64,000 nucleotides of DNA, taken from contig JBCCYL010000008.1 of the NCBI GenBank assembly GCA_039189765.1, positions 73,697 through 137,696 on the forward strand, written 5' to 3'. Below are positions 19,898-30,204 of this stretch, one piece after another; within the stretch, counting starts at the first letter, position 1, and each line of letters starts with the position of its first letter. The notes beneath the pieces were generated by a model. The model ran no database searches and was not told where the DNA came from. It saw only the letters and a program-made list of their open reading frames with translations. The stretch is from Cyanobacteria bacterium P01_F01_bin.150. GTDB taxonomy: Bacteria > Cyanobacteriota > Cyanobacteriia > CAKZMO01. The position numbers and the translations under genes were made by a program.

Positions 19898-22690
19898 GTG
19901 CAACATTTATATTGGCTTAATCAGCTTCAAACCCAACATCGCTCGCTTGTGGGTGAAACTGCTTATACCTTAGGAGTTGCCTCCCAAGCACAGTATCCTG
20001 TACTACCGGGAATAGTGGTTAGTTCCTCTTCGTTTTGGCAGTTTCTAGAATCTATCAACTGGAGCGATCCGCTACTCGCAGATTTTCCCCATTCTCCGCT
20101 CCATTTGGATATGGAAAATCCATCTCAACTGCAAGCGATCGCCCAGCGAATTCAATACCTCATTCATGCCCACTCTCTTCCGGAGCAACAGCAAGATACT
20201 ATTTATAAAGCCGTTCAGTCCCTGCACTCTCCTCTAATTCAGCTCCAACCATCCTTAAGTCTGGCCTCCACCCAGCAGACCCGTTCTAGAAAGTCAGCAG
20301 ACAAATCGAAGGACACGATCGCCCCCCTGCTGAATTCGGCCCTGCCGTTACTCGATACCCATATTTGTTATGCAAAACGTAGCGCACTCATAAACGCTAT
20401 CCGGCAAATTTGGAGCAGCTTTTTTCGAGCTAGTCATCTGTTCTACTGGCAACAACTTGGTGTTCCCTTTCAGCAATTGCAATTAGCGATCTTAATTTGT
20501 CCTACCACTTCTGCTTTGGCCTCAGGAACACTCAGCGTCAGTCATCAAAAAACAATTATTAAGGCCGTTTGGGGAATGGGATCTGGAGTAAAAACTGGTG
20601 ATATCCAGCCAGATATTTATTACCATCAAAGACATGATTATCTAGAAAATCATAACCCACCAACCCCTGATCCTCAGCCTGATATTGAATCCCCCAAAAT
20701 AAGAATCAAACGCTACGCCCATCTCCTTGCTGCGGAGAAACCCTCAGACGCTAAAGCTGAAGCTACAAGTATTGAAAGCGTTTATCATCTGCTATCCCAC
20801 CAACGAGCACACCAACCTGTTTTATCAGACCCATTAATCCAATACCTGACTCATCTGACTCAAGGCTTGACCCATGAAAGTGCCATGGCCAACCCAAAAG
20901 ATTGGGTCATAGATTGGGTCATTTATCCTAGCTGGTCTGTGCCGTCAAAGGAGCATCAAGAGCCTTCACCTGACAATCAGCCATTTAATGGATGGCAGCA
21001 TTCAGAGTCAATTTTTACGCGAATAGACGATTCAGCCTTAGACCTGACATCCCTGGTGCTTGAACAGAAACAGTATGCCGTCTACATCACTCAAATCTTG
21101 GCGAATCCCCGTGAGATGATGCCTTCTGTAGCCACAAAAAATAGCTTAGCCCCCAATCCATCACGCTCACAGACGTCTTTCAAAGTTGCCTCTGCCGTTG
21201 ATATTGCTCTGGAGCACCAGCGCTCTAGGGCTAGGCACTGGCCTGTAGAAGAAGGCCAAAACACCACAGCTATTAACAGTTTCTCCACAGACAATTTGAC
21301 TAGCACTGAAAAGCTAAATTCTTATTCTGACTTAGCGGGCATTGGCACATCCTCGGGACAAGTCACTGCCCCATTGTGGGTCATGCCAGACACAAAGTCA
21401 GCCGACCAAGACATTCCCGATAATCATATTTTGTTGACGAATTCAATTTCTCCCGTATGGTTAAATGCAATGCGGGGCGCTAAAGGAGTAATCAGCACTA
21501 AAGGCGGAATGACTTGCCATGCTGCAATTTTAGCCCGGGAATTGGGCATTCCATCCGTGATGGGCGTCACCGATGCCATGACTCGTTTTCAAACCGGGGA
21601 CTGGATTTATTTAGATGGAGATCGCGGTATTGTGACCCTATTGGCTCCAGCCAATAGCCCTGATGCTCTGGATTATCCTCCTGAAAACAGCACGAGCCAT
21701 CAGGACAACGACAGTAGTGAACGTAGTGTTGAGGCTGCTCAGCTCTCACCACTGTATCAACCTGAGCAGCATGGCCTACGCAAAATCGGTACCGCAACTC
21801 AACTAATGCTGAGTCTCAGTCAAATTCATCAGGTAGATGTTTTAGCTCAGCGTCCCGTAGATGGCATCGGTCTGATTCGATCCGAAATTATGTTGGCATC
21901 TCTCTTGCATCATCAGTCGCTTCAATCTTGGTTAACGCAAGATAACCGTTCACTGTTAGTTCAGACAATTTGCTATCACATTAAACAATTCGCTCAAGCC
22001 TTCTCTCCTCGCCCTGTATGGTATCGAACGTTAGATATGCGCAGCCATGAGCAGGGGCATCCTCCAGGACATGCCACAGTCATTAACAATCTGCTAGGCG
22101 TTCATGGCACCATGAGCTATCAGCAAAATCCAGGATTTTTTATCGCAGAATTAGAAGCATTGCGCCAACTACAGCAAGAAGGCATCAAGAACATCAATAT
22201 TATTTTGCCGTTTGTACGTACGGTGGAAGAATTTCAATTTTGCTACCAAACGATTCGAGAGATGGACGTAGATACGTCAGCCTGCGACGTTTGGATTATG
22301 GCAGAAGTGCCCTCCGTTCTCATGCTGCTACCAGATTATATTGAAGTCGGAATCCAAGGTATTGCAATTGGTAGCAACGACTTAACTCAAATGATGTTAG
22401 CGACCGATCGCACCAATCCCATGATGCATAATGCTTTTCATGCTCCTCATCAATCTGTATTACGAGCGATTAAGCAACTGATTGTCACGGCACGTCAGGC
22501 AAATATCCCTTGCTCTCTCTGTGGTGAATTAGCCAGTCAGCATCCAGAAGTGATTGAAGATTTAATTCGGTGGGGGATTACGACTTTGTCCGTCAGTCCT
22601 GATGCACTTGAGCAAACCCATCGTGAAGTTCTACGCGCTGAAAAACGCTTGTTTCTAGAGTGGGGTAGAAATGCTCACCGTAATAGTTAA
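19898..22690 (+). CDS. PEP synthase/PPDK-like PEP-utilizing protein
   Basis: GGMTCHAAILARELGIP phospho-His domain; DGIGLIRSE, MAEVPS, IGSNDLTQ, CGE; N-terminal domain divergent. Confidence 0.85.
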   Translation: MQHLYWLNQLQTQHRSLVGETAYTLGVASQAQYPVLPGIVVSSSSFWQFLESINWSDPLLADFPHSPLHLDMENPSQLQAIAQRIQYLIHAHSLPEQQQDTIYKAVQSLHSPLIQLQPSLSLASTQQTRSRKSADKSKDTIAPLLNSALPLLDTHICYAKRSALINAIRQIWSSFFRASHLFYWQQLGVPFQQLQLAILICPTTSALASGTLSVSHQKTIIKAVWGMGSGVKTGDIQPDIYYHQRHDYLENHNPPTPDPQPDIESPKIRIKRYAHLLAAEKPSDAKAEATSIESVYHLLSHQRAHQPVLSDPLIQYLTHLTQGLTHESAMANPKDWVIDWVIYPSWSVPSKEHQEPSPDNQPFNGWQHSESIFTRIDDSALDLTSLVLEQKQYAVYITQILANPREMMPSVATKNSLAPNPSRSQTSFKVASAVDIALEHQRSRARHWPVEEGQNTTAINSFSTDNLTSTEKLNSYSDLAGIGTSSGQVTAPLWVMPDTKSADQDIPDNHILLTNSISPVWLNAMRGAKGVISTKGGMTCHAAILARELGIPSVMGVTDAMTRFQTGDWIYLDGDRGIVTLLAPANSPDALDYPPENSTSHQDNDSSERSVEAAQLSPLYQPEQHGLRKIGTATQLMLSLSQIHQVDVLAQRPVDGIGLIRSEIMLASLLHHQSLQSWLTQDNRSLLVQTICYHIKQFAQAFSPRPVWYRTLDMRSHEQGHPPGHATVINNLLGVHGTMSYQQNPGFFIAELEALRQLQQEGIKNINIILPFVRTVEEFQFCYQTIREMDVDTSACDVWIMAEVPSVLMLLPDYIEVGIQGIAIGSNDLTQMMLATDRTNPMMHNAFHAPHQSVLRAIKQLIVTARQANIPCSLCGELASQHPEVIEDLIRWGITTLSVSPDALEQTHREVLRAEKRLFLEWGRNAHRNS

Positions 22691-22767
22691 AGTAGCCCAC
22701 AAGACTTACATTGTAAGCTGATGTTATGAGGTGCTTCGCACTTACAGAACCTCCGCCCCATTCCCAA

Positions 22768-24573
22768 TTAAGCTGTCGCATGGTTTATGGAATTCAAATA
22801 ATACGACTCAGTGACCTTCAATGACGGTGAAGATGAAGCGATCGCACTCACTCCAGAGAATTCACTAACGACAGTTGGTTGGTTGTGCGGGGACACATTT
22901 CCAAGCGTTTCATTCAGCTGCATGGGCAAGATTACGGTAAACGTAGTGCCTTGCCCTAATTGTGACGCACACAGAAGTTTGCCTTGATGCTGTTCCTCAA
23001 TAATCTGTTGACTAATCGATAAGCCTAAACCAGTCCCTACACCAGAGGGTTTTGTTGTAAACAAAGCATCAAAAATCCGAGGTAAATGTTCAGGGTCAAT
23101 TCCAGGGCCGTTATCTTTAATATGAACCGACACTGCTGAACTATTGGGTTGAAGCTGAGTTGTAATCGTAATTTTTGGATGTCGCTGTTGAGAGGCTAAC
23201 AGAGCATCAATCCCATTGTTAATCAAATTGGTAAATACCTGATATAGCGGACCAGAATAGCCTGGAATTAGAGGTAAATCACTATAATCTTGCACAACCA
23301 TAATTCCTCGTTTGAGGCGATTACTAAGAATAATCAAAGTATCCTGTAAACACGCCTGAAGATTGACGAGGGTTGGCTTAGAATCATCTAAGCGAGAAAA
23401 ATTCCGCAAGCTTAGGGCAATTTGCTTGGCTCGTTCTGAACCTACTGACATAGACTGAATCAATTTGGGCAAATCTTCTTCAATAAAGTCTCGATCAATC
23501 TCTTCTATTTTGGCAAGAATCTCTTCTGGCACTTGGGCTAACGTTTCATCATAAACATGCAGCAGACTAAATAAATCATTAATGTAATTATTGGCGTGCT
23601 TCAGATTGCCATGAATACAATTCACCGGATTATTAATCTCGTGGGCGACTTCAGACACCATACGACCCAGCATCGCCATTTTTTCATTTTGAAATAGTTC
23701 TTGCATGGAGGCCGATTGGCGCTGTTGCTCCAGCAATGCCCCCACTCGATAGATCAACTGGTTAATCGCAATCGCTAAGCTTCCCACCTCGTCATCAGTA
23801 TTGACCATCACCCTCAAGTCAAAATTTTCGTCCTGCGTCACCTGCTGAGCCGTTTGAGTTACAGCAGCTAAAGGATGGGCGATCGCTCGACTCAAGTGCC
23901 ATGACAGAATCGTCGAAATAATGATAGATAACGCCAGGCTAGAGAGAATCATTTTCATCCTCAGCACCTCGGCTTCATGGAGGGCAGCACCAGCCAATAC
24001 CTCATAGTTATGGGCCACTTGATTCAGCGGAAAAAGCTGGTTAGGAAATTCAATAAAAGCAATAAATTCTTGACTTTTTAATAGTTCCAACAGTAATCCA
24101 CGAACAGTCTTAGCATGCTCTGGTGAGCCAATCAGCGGATCCACCATGTCGAGCACAGTTCGAGTTTTTTTAATCAACCGATCAATGGTCTGCTCATAAT
24201 CCTGTAGCAAAGCAGGTAAATCCGTCAGCACAGGTGAATAACCATGACGATTGTAAGCCACTATATCCGATTGAATCGCTTCCATCCGCCACAGTAAGGC
24301 TTGGCTTTCTCTCTGAAAATCTTCCGACGAATGAATGTGGGGGAGAAGCTGTTTAGCCGGACGATTGTAAAGGATATCAATTTGTAACTGGTTTAGAAAT
24401 TTCTGTTCTTGAGCGGCTTGATTACGAAGGGTTAACGCTCGCTGTTGGTAATGATTGCCGAGCCATACTCCATTTAGAGTGCCCAAAGTCGCTACGCCTA
24501 GGGCGATCGCATACCCTCCAATCAATTTATGTTTTAGTTTCACCGCATTTTCTCTCCACTGCCATCGCTGCAT
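22768..24573 (-). CDS. Membrane HAMP-domain sensor histidine kinase
   Basis: Two TM helices, DEVGSLA HAMP, VAHEINNP H-box, QVFTNLINN, DNGPGI, GTGLGL. Confidence 0.92.
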   Translation of the reverse strand: MQRWQWRENAVKLKHKLIGGYAIALGVATLGTLNGVWLGNHYQQRALTLRNQAAQEQKFLNQLQIDILYNRPAKQLLPHIHSSEDFQRESQALLWRMEAIQSDIVAYNRHGYSPVLTDLPALLQDYEQTIDRLIKKTRTVLDMVDPLIGSPEHAKTVRGLLLELLKSQEFIAFIEFPNQLFPLNQVAHNYEVLAGAALHEAEVLRMKMILSSLALSIIISTILSWHLSRAIAHPLAAVTQTAQQVTQDENFDLRVMVNTDDEVGSLAIAINQLIYRVGALLEQQRQSASMQELFQNEKMAMLGRMVSEVAHEINNPVNCIHGNLKHANNYINDLFSLLHVYDETLAQVPEEILAKIEEIDRDFIEEDLPKLIQSMSVGSERAKQIALSLRNFSRLDDSKPTLVNLQACLQDTLIILSNRLKRGIMVVQDYSDLPLIPGYSGPLYQVFTNLINNGIDALLASQQRHPKITITTQLQPNSSAVSVHIKDNGPGIDPEHLPRIFDALFTTKPSGVGTGLGLSISQQIIEEQHQGKLLCASQLGQGTTFTVILPMQLNETLGNVSPHNQPTVVSEFSGVSAIASSSPSLKVTESYYLNSINHATA

Positions 24574-24621
24574 CTAACACTGAACGAGGGCACACACCCA
24601 GATCATCTCAAGTCCCACGCC

Positions 24622-24718
24622 AATATGGTGATCGCCACTCTGATTAGGACGTTTTTGGTCCCCCGCTGCGCGGAGGAGCAAAAACGTCTATGTCCTAACT
24701 AAAGTGACCACGCCAATA
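24622..24718. repeat. Nested-palindrome dispersed repeat with CCGCTGCGCGG core
   Basis: Outer CACTCTGATTAGGAC...GTCCTAACTAAAGTG; inner ACGTTTTTG...CAAAAACGT. Confidence 0.6.
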
Positions 24719-24855
24719 ACTACTGTAGCCATGACACTATGAGAGTGATTTACTTTAATGTTCCCAAATTCAGATAGTGGATTGCGATGAGCAGCCCGTA
24801 TTTTAAGGCGAGATCCCGATTCCCCATACACCCTAGCTTCAATTAAAACGTCCGT

Positions 24856-26529
24856 TTAACCATGGATAACAGAAACAGTAAGCCCAGTAGACGTAGAGGC
24901 AGAATCTAAACGGGTGCGTTCGTGACAAGAAAGGCGATCGCATCGTTGATCAATCATTATGAGACAAGCATAGGGAGTCTCTGGAGTTTCTGATAAATTA
25001 GCAGACAAAGAAACAGGGTCTTCTGCCTCTTGATTAATAGAGTGTTCAAGCCGGGATAAGCCCAATTCTAAGGGTTCCGGATTGCCCTCACTCCACACGA
25101 TCACCTGGACCAAAAGGACCAAAGACTGGCTGGGCGTTACCATCTGCAGAGTCAAGCTCATTGAGTGGTCTTGAAAACGATAGGCAGCATTGAGAACACC
25201 GTGGGGAGCAGTTAGACGATGGCAAAATGCCATAACCGCCATGTAAGGCGCAATGGACTCATAAATGACTGTTTGCATTAAAGCATCGCCTTGAGATTGC
25301 CACAGCGTGACAAACGCATCCCAAACTTGCTGGACGTTCACCGTACCGTCCAAAGTTATCCAAGTTGATTTTATTGACCCCAGAGAGGCGATCGCAGGCA
25401 TAGCTAATTGACGCAGAATCACGTCACGGTATAGAGGATTCGAAATCACTAATCCCCCTGCGGCGTCAAACCGACAGATTCCTGTTGCCACCACCATCTG
25501 AATCTGCTGATTCGTGGGCCGCCGCAACACTTTCTCCGTCAACACAGGCTCTAAAATAGCTTGAAATTGTTGTAATCTCGCAGGTAAATGATCTAATGGA
25601 AAAGGATAGTTGATGGAGGATTGACACAGAATGTGGGCAGCAGCAGATTCGATGTGGTGAGGTTCAATGGGGTCCTCAGTTTGAGCAACCGCGTACTGGG
25701 CAATCGCATTCACTAACCACGGCTGTCCCTGGGTCACTTCAAAAGCACGATCCACAGCTTCTAGCGTAAATAACTGTCCTGTGGCATTGGTATGCTTTTG
25801 ATACACATTAGCCACCTCCTCTAAGGAAAAGAATTGAAGCTCTAGGGTAGCAGTGCGCATGCCATGAAAAACACCACCAGGGGTTGGGAGAAACAAGTCT
25901 CCTGCCAGATTTTTATCGGGATTCTTGACATCTAATTCATCGCCAGACCAGTAATTGAGATCTTGAAGAGCCATGAGGGCAATAGATTGGGGAAAAGGCT
26001 GAGGACGTTGGTTTAAGCCACTCGCCAATTGCCTCAACAGAAAAAGGAGTGAGCGCCCCCGTAAAGTATCCACATCATCAATAAACAACACCAGTGGCCG
26101 TGGACAAACATTGGCCCAAGCCGCCAGCGCTGCACGAATCCGCTGTCCGGCTACCTGATAGCCCCAATCTGGTGGTTGACAGTCTTCTGGTAGACGATGA
26201 GCCGCTGCTCGCAGCTCATACAAAAATGCGTCTTCAACGATCGCACTCCTGCCCGACCACTCATTAGGCGCTTTATAAGGCCATTTATCTGATTCCAAGC
26301 CAGCCAAACTCGCTGCAGAGACTAAAAGTGCAGCATATTTTCCCCGTTTAGTGAGTTCCATTGCCCACAGTTGCATAACCGTTGTCTTACCGGTCTGACT
26401 CGGCCCATACAGCCAAAAGCAGCCCGATTGATCAACCAAGGCCTTCACTTGAGATAACCGTTCCTTTGCATCTAAAACATAGTGCTCTTTTGGGTTACAA
26501 GCTCCAACTGTGTTAAATCGACGTGTCAT
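24856..26529 (-). CDS. AAA-like (AAA_35-type) P-loop ATPase with degenerate C-terminal nuclease-like domain
   Basis: FNTVGAC, GPSQTGKTT, LFIDDVD, TQGQPWLVNAI. Confidence 0.8.
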   Translation of the reverse strand: MTRRFNTVGACNPKEHYVLDAKERLSQVKALVDQSGCFWLYGPSQTGKTTVMQLWAMELTKRGKYAALLVSAASLAGLESDKWPYKAPNEWSGRSAIVEDAFLYELRAAAHRLPEDCQPPDWGYQVAGQRIRAALAAWANVCPRPLVLFIDDVDTLRGRSLLFLLRQLASGLNQRPQPFPQSIALMALQDLNYWSGDELDVKNPDKNLAGDLFLPTPGGVFHGMRTATLELQFFSLEEVANVYQKHTNATGQLFTLEAVDRAFEVTQGQPWLVNAIAQYAVAQTEDPIEPHHIESAAAHILCQSSINYPFPLDHLPARLQQFQAILEPVLTEKVLRRPTNQQIQMVVATGICRFDAAGGLVISNPLYRDVILRQLAMPAIASLGSIKSTWITLDGTVNVQQVWDAFVTLWQSQGDALMQTVIYESIAPYMAVMAFCHRLTAPHGVLNAAYRFQDHSMSLTLQMVTPSQSLVLLVQVIVWSEGNPEPLELGLSRLEHSINQEAEDPVSLSANLSETPETPYACLIMIDQRCDRLSCHERTRLDSASTSTGLTVSVIHG

Positions 26530-26752
26530 GAAAAATGCCAAAGGGAGTTGTTTACAGATAGCCTACACGTTTTGTGCGTGGGTCAGTAACAAGCTCAAAT
26601 ATACATGCGGTGTTTTATGAATCAGCAGGGCAAACAGGATCAATTCACGTTTCTTATATTCAGTAAGACCCTTAAGTCATGAAGATACCTGTCAAAACTC
26701 GTGATTCAGTGCGTTATTCTGCTAATTTTCTTAAATACCTTTTGGACGCGCT

Positions 26753-27202
26753 ATGACCCTTTTCAAATTTGAAGATGACTTTGTTCAGTCCCTGCGCTGT
26801 ATTCCAATGAAAGTTAGACTCAAGTTAGACACCTGTGGAGTCAAGCTCAAGCTGGATCATTGGAATGAACTCTCCCTAGATGAGCGATCAGCCTTACTAG
26901 AAATGCCCTGTGCAAGTACACTAGACGCTAAAAATTATCGTATTCACTTACAAGAACTGATAGTGCGATACACAGGAGAACCGGCAAAAGAGTTGGACGT
27001 TAATCCTAATCCTCCATGGTTAGACTCAACCTTTATTCCCCAAGCAGTTCAAGATAAATCACAATCGCTGAATATATCCATTACGCAAAAACAATGGGCA
27101 AAACTGACTCCTCTTCAGCGTTTTGCCTTAATTAAGCTGAGTCGTCCCAGCCATGAGAATCGCAATTTTTTACCTGCAATGCAAGAATTCCATTTAACCT
27201 AA
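26753..27202 (+). CDS. narM: Nitrate reductase associated protein
   Basis: FEDDFVQSLRCIPMKVRLKLDTCG; LTPLQRFALIKLSRPSHENRN. Confidence 0.85.
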   Translation: MTLFKFEDDFVQSLRCIPMKVRLKLDTCGVKLKLDHWNELSLDERSALLEMPCASTLDAKNYRIHLQELIVRYTGEPAKELDVNPNPPWLDSTFIPQAVQDKSQSLNISITQKQWAKLTPLQRFALIKLSRPSHENRNFLPAMQEFHLT

Positions 27203-27228
27203 TCCATACCTGTCACGACTTGGCAACG

Positions 27229-27305
27229 TAGTGCTCTTTCAACCTTAAGAATTGGGGTAAATCCCCCTGGGCTTTACCCCAAAATTAAAACTTGCAAAAT
27301 CAGTA
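27229..27305. repeat. Palindromic dispersed repeat, second family
   Basis: TTGGGGTAAA-TCCCCCTGGGC-TTTACCCCAA hairpin; homologous to 46551-46625. Confidence 0.7.
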
Positions 27306-27316
27306 GCTCCGATGTG

Positions 27317-28027
27317 TTATTTACGGATAGAAACAGAGGGCCGATATTGGGTCAAAAATGGAACAGCAGACAAAAGTGCCAATAGCCCCAGGGATAGCAT
27401 CAATGGGAGCATTCCTTTGCCATTCCAGGCATCCCACCCAGTCACTCCCAACCAAGTGTATGCAAGAGTACCAGGAATAATGCCAACAAATGTGCCGACA
27501 GTGTAGGTCTTAAAACGCACACGGGTAAGACCAAATAGAAAATTAACGACTGAAAACGGAGAAATGGGCGCAAAGCGAATCGCCAGAACGCAGCTTAAAT
27601 CATTATGTTTAACAAGCCGATTTATTTTCTTCAAAGCAGTATGGTGGCTAAATCGTTGCTCTACCCAGTGACGCAAACAATACCGGGCAAGACAAAAGGC
27701 AGCGATCGCCCCTAACGTTGCCCCCACCACAGACCATACGGTTCCCCAAAATAGACCAAATACAAGCCCACCGATAAAGACTAAAAAGGTACCTGGAACG
27801 CCTACCAAAGCAGCAACGGTATGAGCGACAAGAAAAATAGCGACGCTCCAATCACCATGCTGGTTCAAATATTGCACCCAGGCCGCTTGGTCAAAGACGA
27901 TTCCAAACCGAGCCATCACCGCAGTATTTCTCAGCGATCCAATGCAAACAGCCAATATTGTCCCCAGGATGACAAAACCCAGGAACGTACGCCAGCGATG
28001 CCAAAGACATTTCGAAAACAGTGACAT
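27317..28027 (-). CDS. TVP38/TMEM64 (VTT/DedA) membrane protein
   Basis: GLVFGLFWG...GATLGA; IRFAPISPFSVVNFLFG; GIIPG. Confidence 0.9.
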   Translation of the reverse strand: MSLFSKCLWHRWRTFLGFVILGTILAVCIGSLRNTAVMARFGIVFDQAAWVQYLNQHGDWSVAIFLVAHTVAALVGVPGTFLVFIGGLVFGLFWGTVWSVVGATLGAIAAFCLARYCLRHWVEQRFSHHTALKKINRLVKHNDLSCVLAIRFAPISPFSVVNFLFGLTRVRFKTYTVGTFVGIIPGTLAYTWLGVTGWDAWNGKGMLPLMLSLGLLALLSAVPFLTQYRPSVSIRK

Positions 28028-28199
28028 AATCCAATCGCGAATACCAGTGAGGACTGAAGTCTATAAGCTGAATTATGTATGAAAATGGTTACCAATACCT
28101 GAAAGCATCCTTAAAAACCACGGAAAAATCCTAGTTTATGCGTGAGTTTAATATTGGCGCACACTAAACCCAAACTTTACAATATTGGCAAATGCTCCA

Positions 28200-29921
28200 T
28201 TAAAAGCGATCGCCAATATTAAACAGCAGCCCCGTATCGCCATTGTCTGCAATCCCAAACTCCAGCCGTACCGGGCCAATGGGAGTCCGTGCCCGTAGAC
28301 CCAAGCCATACCCTAAGCCTGCCCCTGGTTTATCGCGAATTTCAGCAGGTTCGCCCAAAATAGTGTCTCCGGATCCGAGATCATTGGCGTAATCCACAAA
28401 CAACAACCCACCAATATCGATATCTTCCTTGAAGGCTGTAAAGTCGAAAATCGGGAAGCGATATTCAGCAGTTGCCTGTAAAAAGCTGCGGCCACTGCCC
28501 ACATCGCCTGAATCATAACCACGTACAGAACTACTGCCTCCCAAGCTAAAGGCTTCATAGGGAGGTAAATCGCCAATAAACGTTCCCCCTTGAAGATTTA
28601 ACACCAGAGTTTGGGGACCATCGTCAAACCCAAAAATCGGCATGGGGATAAAGCGTGTATAGTTAGCCGCCAGACGATTGGCAAATACGTCTGCATCACC
28701 CACTGGAATAAACTGATCGGTGCGGAAAAGGAGGCGATCGCCCTCCGTCGGGTACTGATTATCATCGCGACGGTCCCAGGCTGAGGCGAAGGACAAGGAC
28801 AACAGGTCATCCCTTCCATCGCCACTAATACTTAGGTCGTTACCCAGTTCATCATCGGTAAAAATATCGTCGGTAAACGCATCATCTCTGATAGAAACGC
28901 TCTGGTAGGACAGCCCTGTGGCGACAGCAAAATCCGAGGAATAGGAGCGAAAAACCTCCACGCCTCCCCCTAAGCGATGTACCCATGGATCGCGATCGTT
29001 GGCTAGCTCAACCTCGCGATCGCCCCCATTAAATACGGTTTGTACTTCTCGACGATTAAAGAAATTAACGGCCACACCAGTACGATGCTGACCATCCAAG
29101 AGCCACGGATTTGTATAGTTAATATCAAAGCTGGCAACGCTTTCGCCGCCCTCAACCCCTAAAGCAAGGGTCTGGTTATAGCCCAGTAAATTAGTGAGTT
29201 GAAATTGAAGCCCGTTAGAAATACCGCCGCTTCGACTGGTTCCTGGCAATACCGTTGCCGGTTCGGTCGGTCCCATTAAAGCAGTAGGATGGGGCAAGGT
29301 TAACCCAAAGGCAACCGGAAAAGGACGCTTTTCATCGACCGTAATCAGCATTACTGCTTCTCCTGATGCTCCGGGCTGGAGAGATACAGTGGCTGTTCGC
29401 ACAATATCCAAGTTTAGAACACGCTGTAAACCAGCCTTAGCTAACTCAGCATCATAGGCATCGCCGATAGTCAGATCAAACTCACGGGTAATGATAAACG
29501 GACGGGTGTGGCCATCTACCGGTTGTCCATCATCCACATACTGGACTTGAATATCTGTTAATCGCTCTCCACTGCCCTCAGGCACTTCTGCGTCGTTAGC
29601 ATCACTACCAAACTCAGACATGCGATCCTGGGCAAATAGCGATGGAGTATTATAGGTTGGTTGCACTAGCTGACCCGGCTGACCCAGCGATTGACGATCT
29701 TCCGTATTAAGTCTCTGCCAGGAAGGAACCGGAAGCATATTCGAGTTAGCTGATGGTGCCCTGTCCTCCGGGGCTACCATCGTCAATGATGCTGCAAGGG
29801 GAGCCTCCGCCCAGCTAGGAAAAGCGATAGCAACATTTGCCACACTCACCATCGCGGCTCCTGCTATCGGTCTAACAATTTTGTGAATCGTCCATCCCAA
29901 ACACTGATGTCCCAAAACCAT
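28200..29921 (-). CDS. Omp85 (BamA/TamA family) outer-membrane protein
   Basis: One POTRA-like domain; YTNPW; LGGSSSVRGY; TPIGPVRLEFG; C-terminal IGDRF. Confidence 0.88.
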   Translation of the reverse strand: MVLGHQCLGWTIHKIVRPIAGAAMVSVANVAIAFPSWAEAPLAASLTMVAPEDRAPSANSNMLPVPSWQRLNTEDRQSLGQPGQLVQPTYNTPSLFAQDRMSEFGSDANDAEVPEGSGERLTDIQVQYVDDGQPVDGHTRPFIITREFDLTIGDAYDAELAKAGLQRVLNLDIVRTATVSLQPGASGEAVMLITVDEKRPFPVAFGLTLPHPTALMGPTEPATVLPGTSRSGGISNGLQFQLTNLLGYNQTLALGVEGGESVASFDINYTNPWLLDGQHRTGVAVNFFNRREVQTVFNGGDREVELANDRDPWVHRLGGGVEVFRSYSSDFAVATGLSYQSVSIRDDAFTDDIFTDDELGNDLSISGDGRDDLLSLSFASAWDRRDDNQYPTEGDRLLFRTDQFIPVGDADVFANRLAANYTRFIPMPIFGFDDGPQTLVLNLQGGTFIGDLPPYEAFSLGGSSSVRGYDSGDVGSGRSFLQATAEYRFPIFDFTAFKEDIDIGGLLFVDYANDLGSGDTILGEPAEIRDKPGAGLGYGLGLRARTPIGPVRLEFGIADNGDTGLLFNIGDRF

Positions 29922-30121
29922 ACTTATTCCTCACATCGCTACAGGGGTATCAACTAGAAATTCAGTTCCTCATACCCAAATTGTGCCTGGAGTCCTCTAA
30001 ATTTTCCACAGATATTACGTTCCATAATCTCTGGGAACATTATGATCATGCACTACGTCAGAAATATTTAATATCTTTTTCTAAACGCAAAAGTTAGAAA
30101 AACTAATGAGAGATCCGCTGC

Positions 30122-30140
30122 TTTCTCAGGAATTTCTCAT
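30122..30140 (+). promoter_or_regulatory. 11-bp-period direct repeat, candidate OmpR/PhoB-family box
   Basis: TTTCTCA-GGAA-TTTCTCA-T about 65 bp upstream of the Cys-repeat lipoprotein gene. Confidence 0.45.
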
Positions 30141-30204
30141 AAACAGGCAGTTTACTGAGAGAGACTCATAGCTATCGTCTTAAAAAATGTTTTAGAGGGA
30201 ATCC

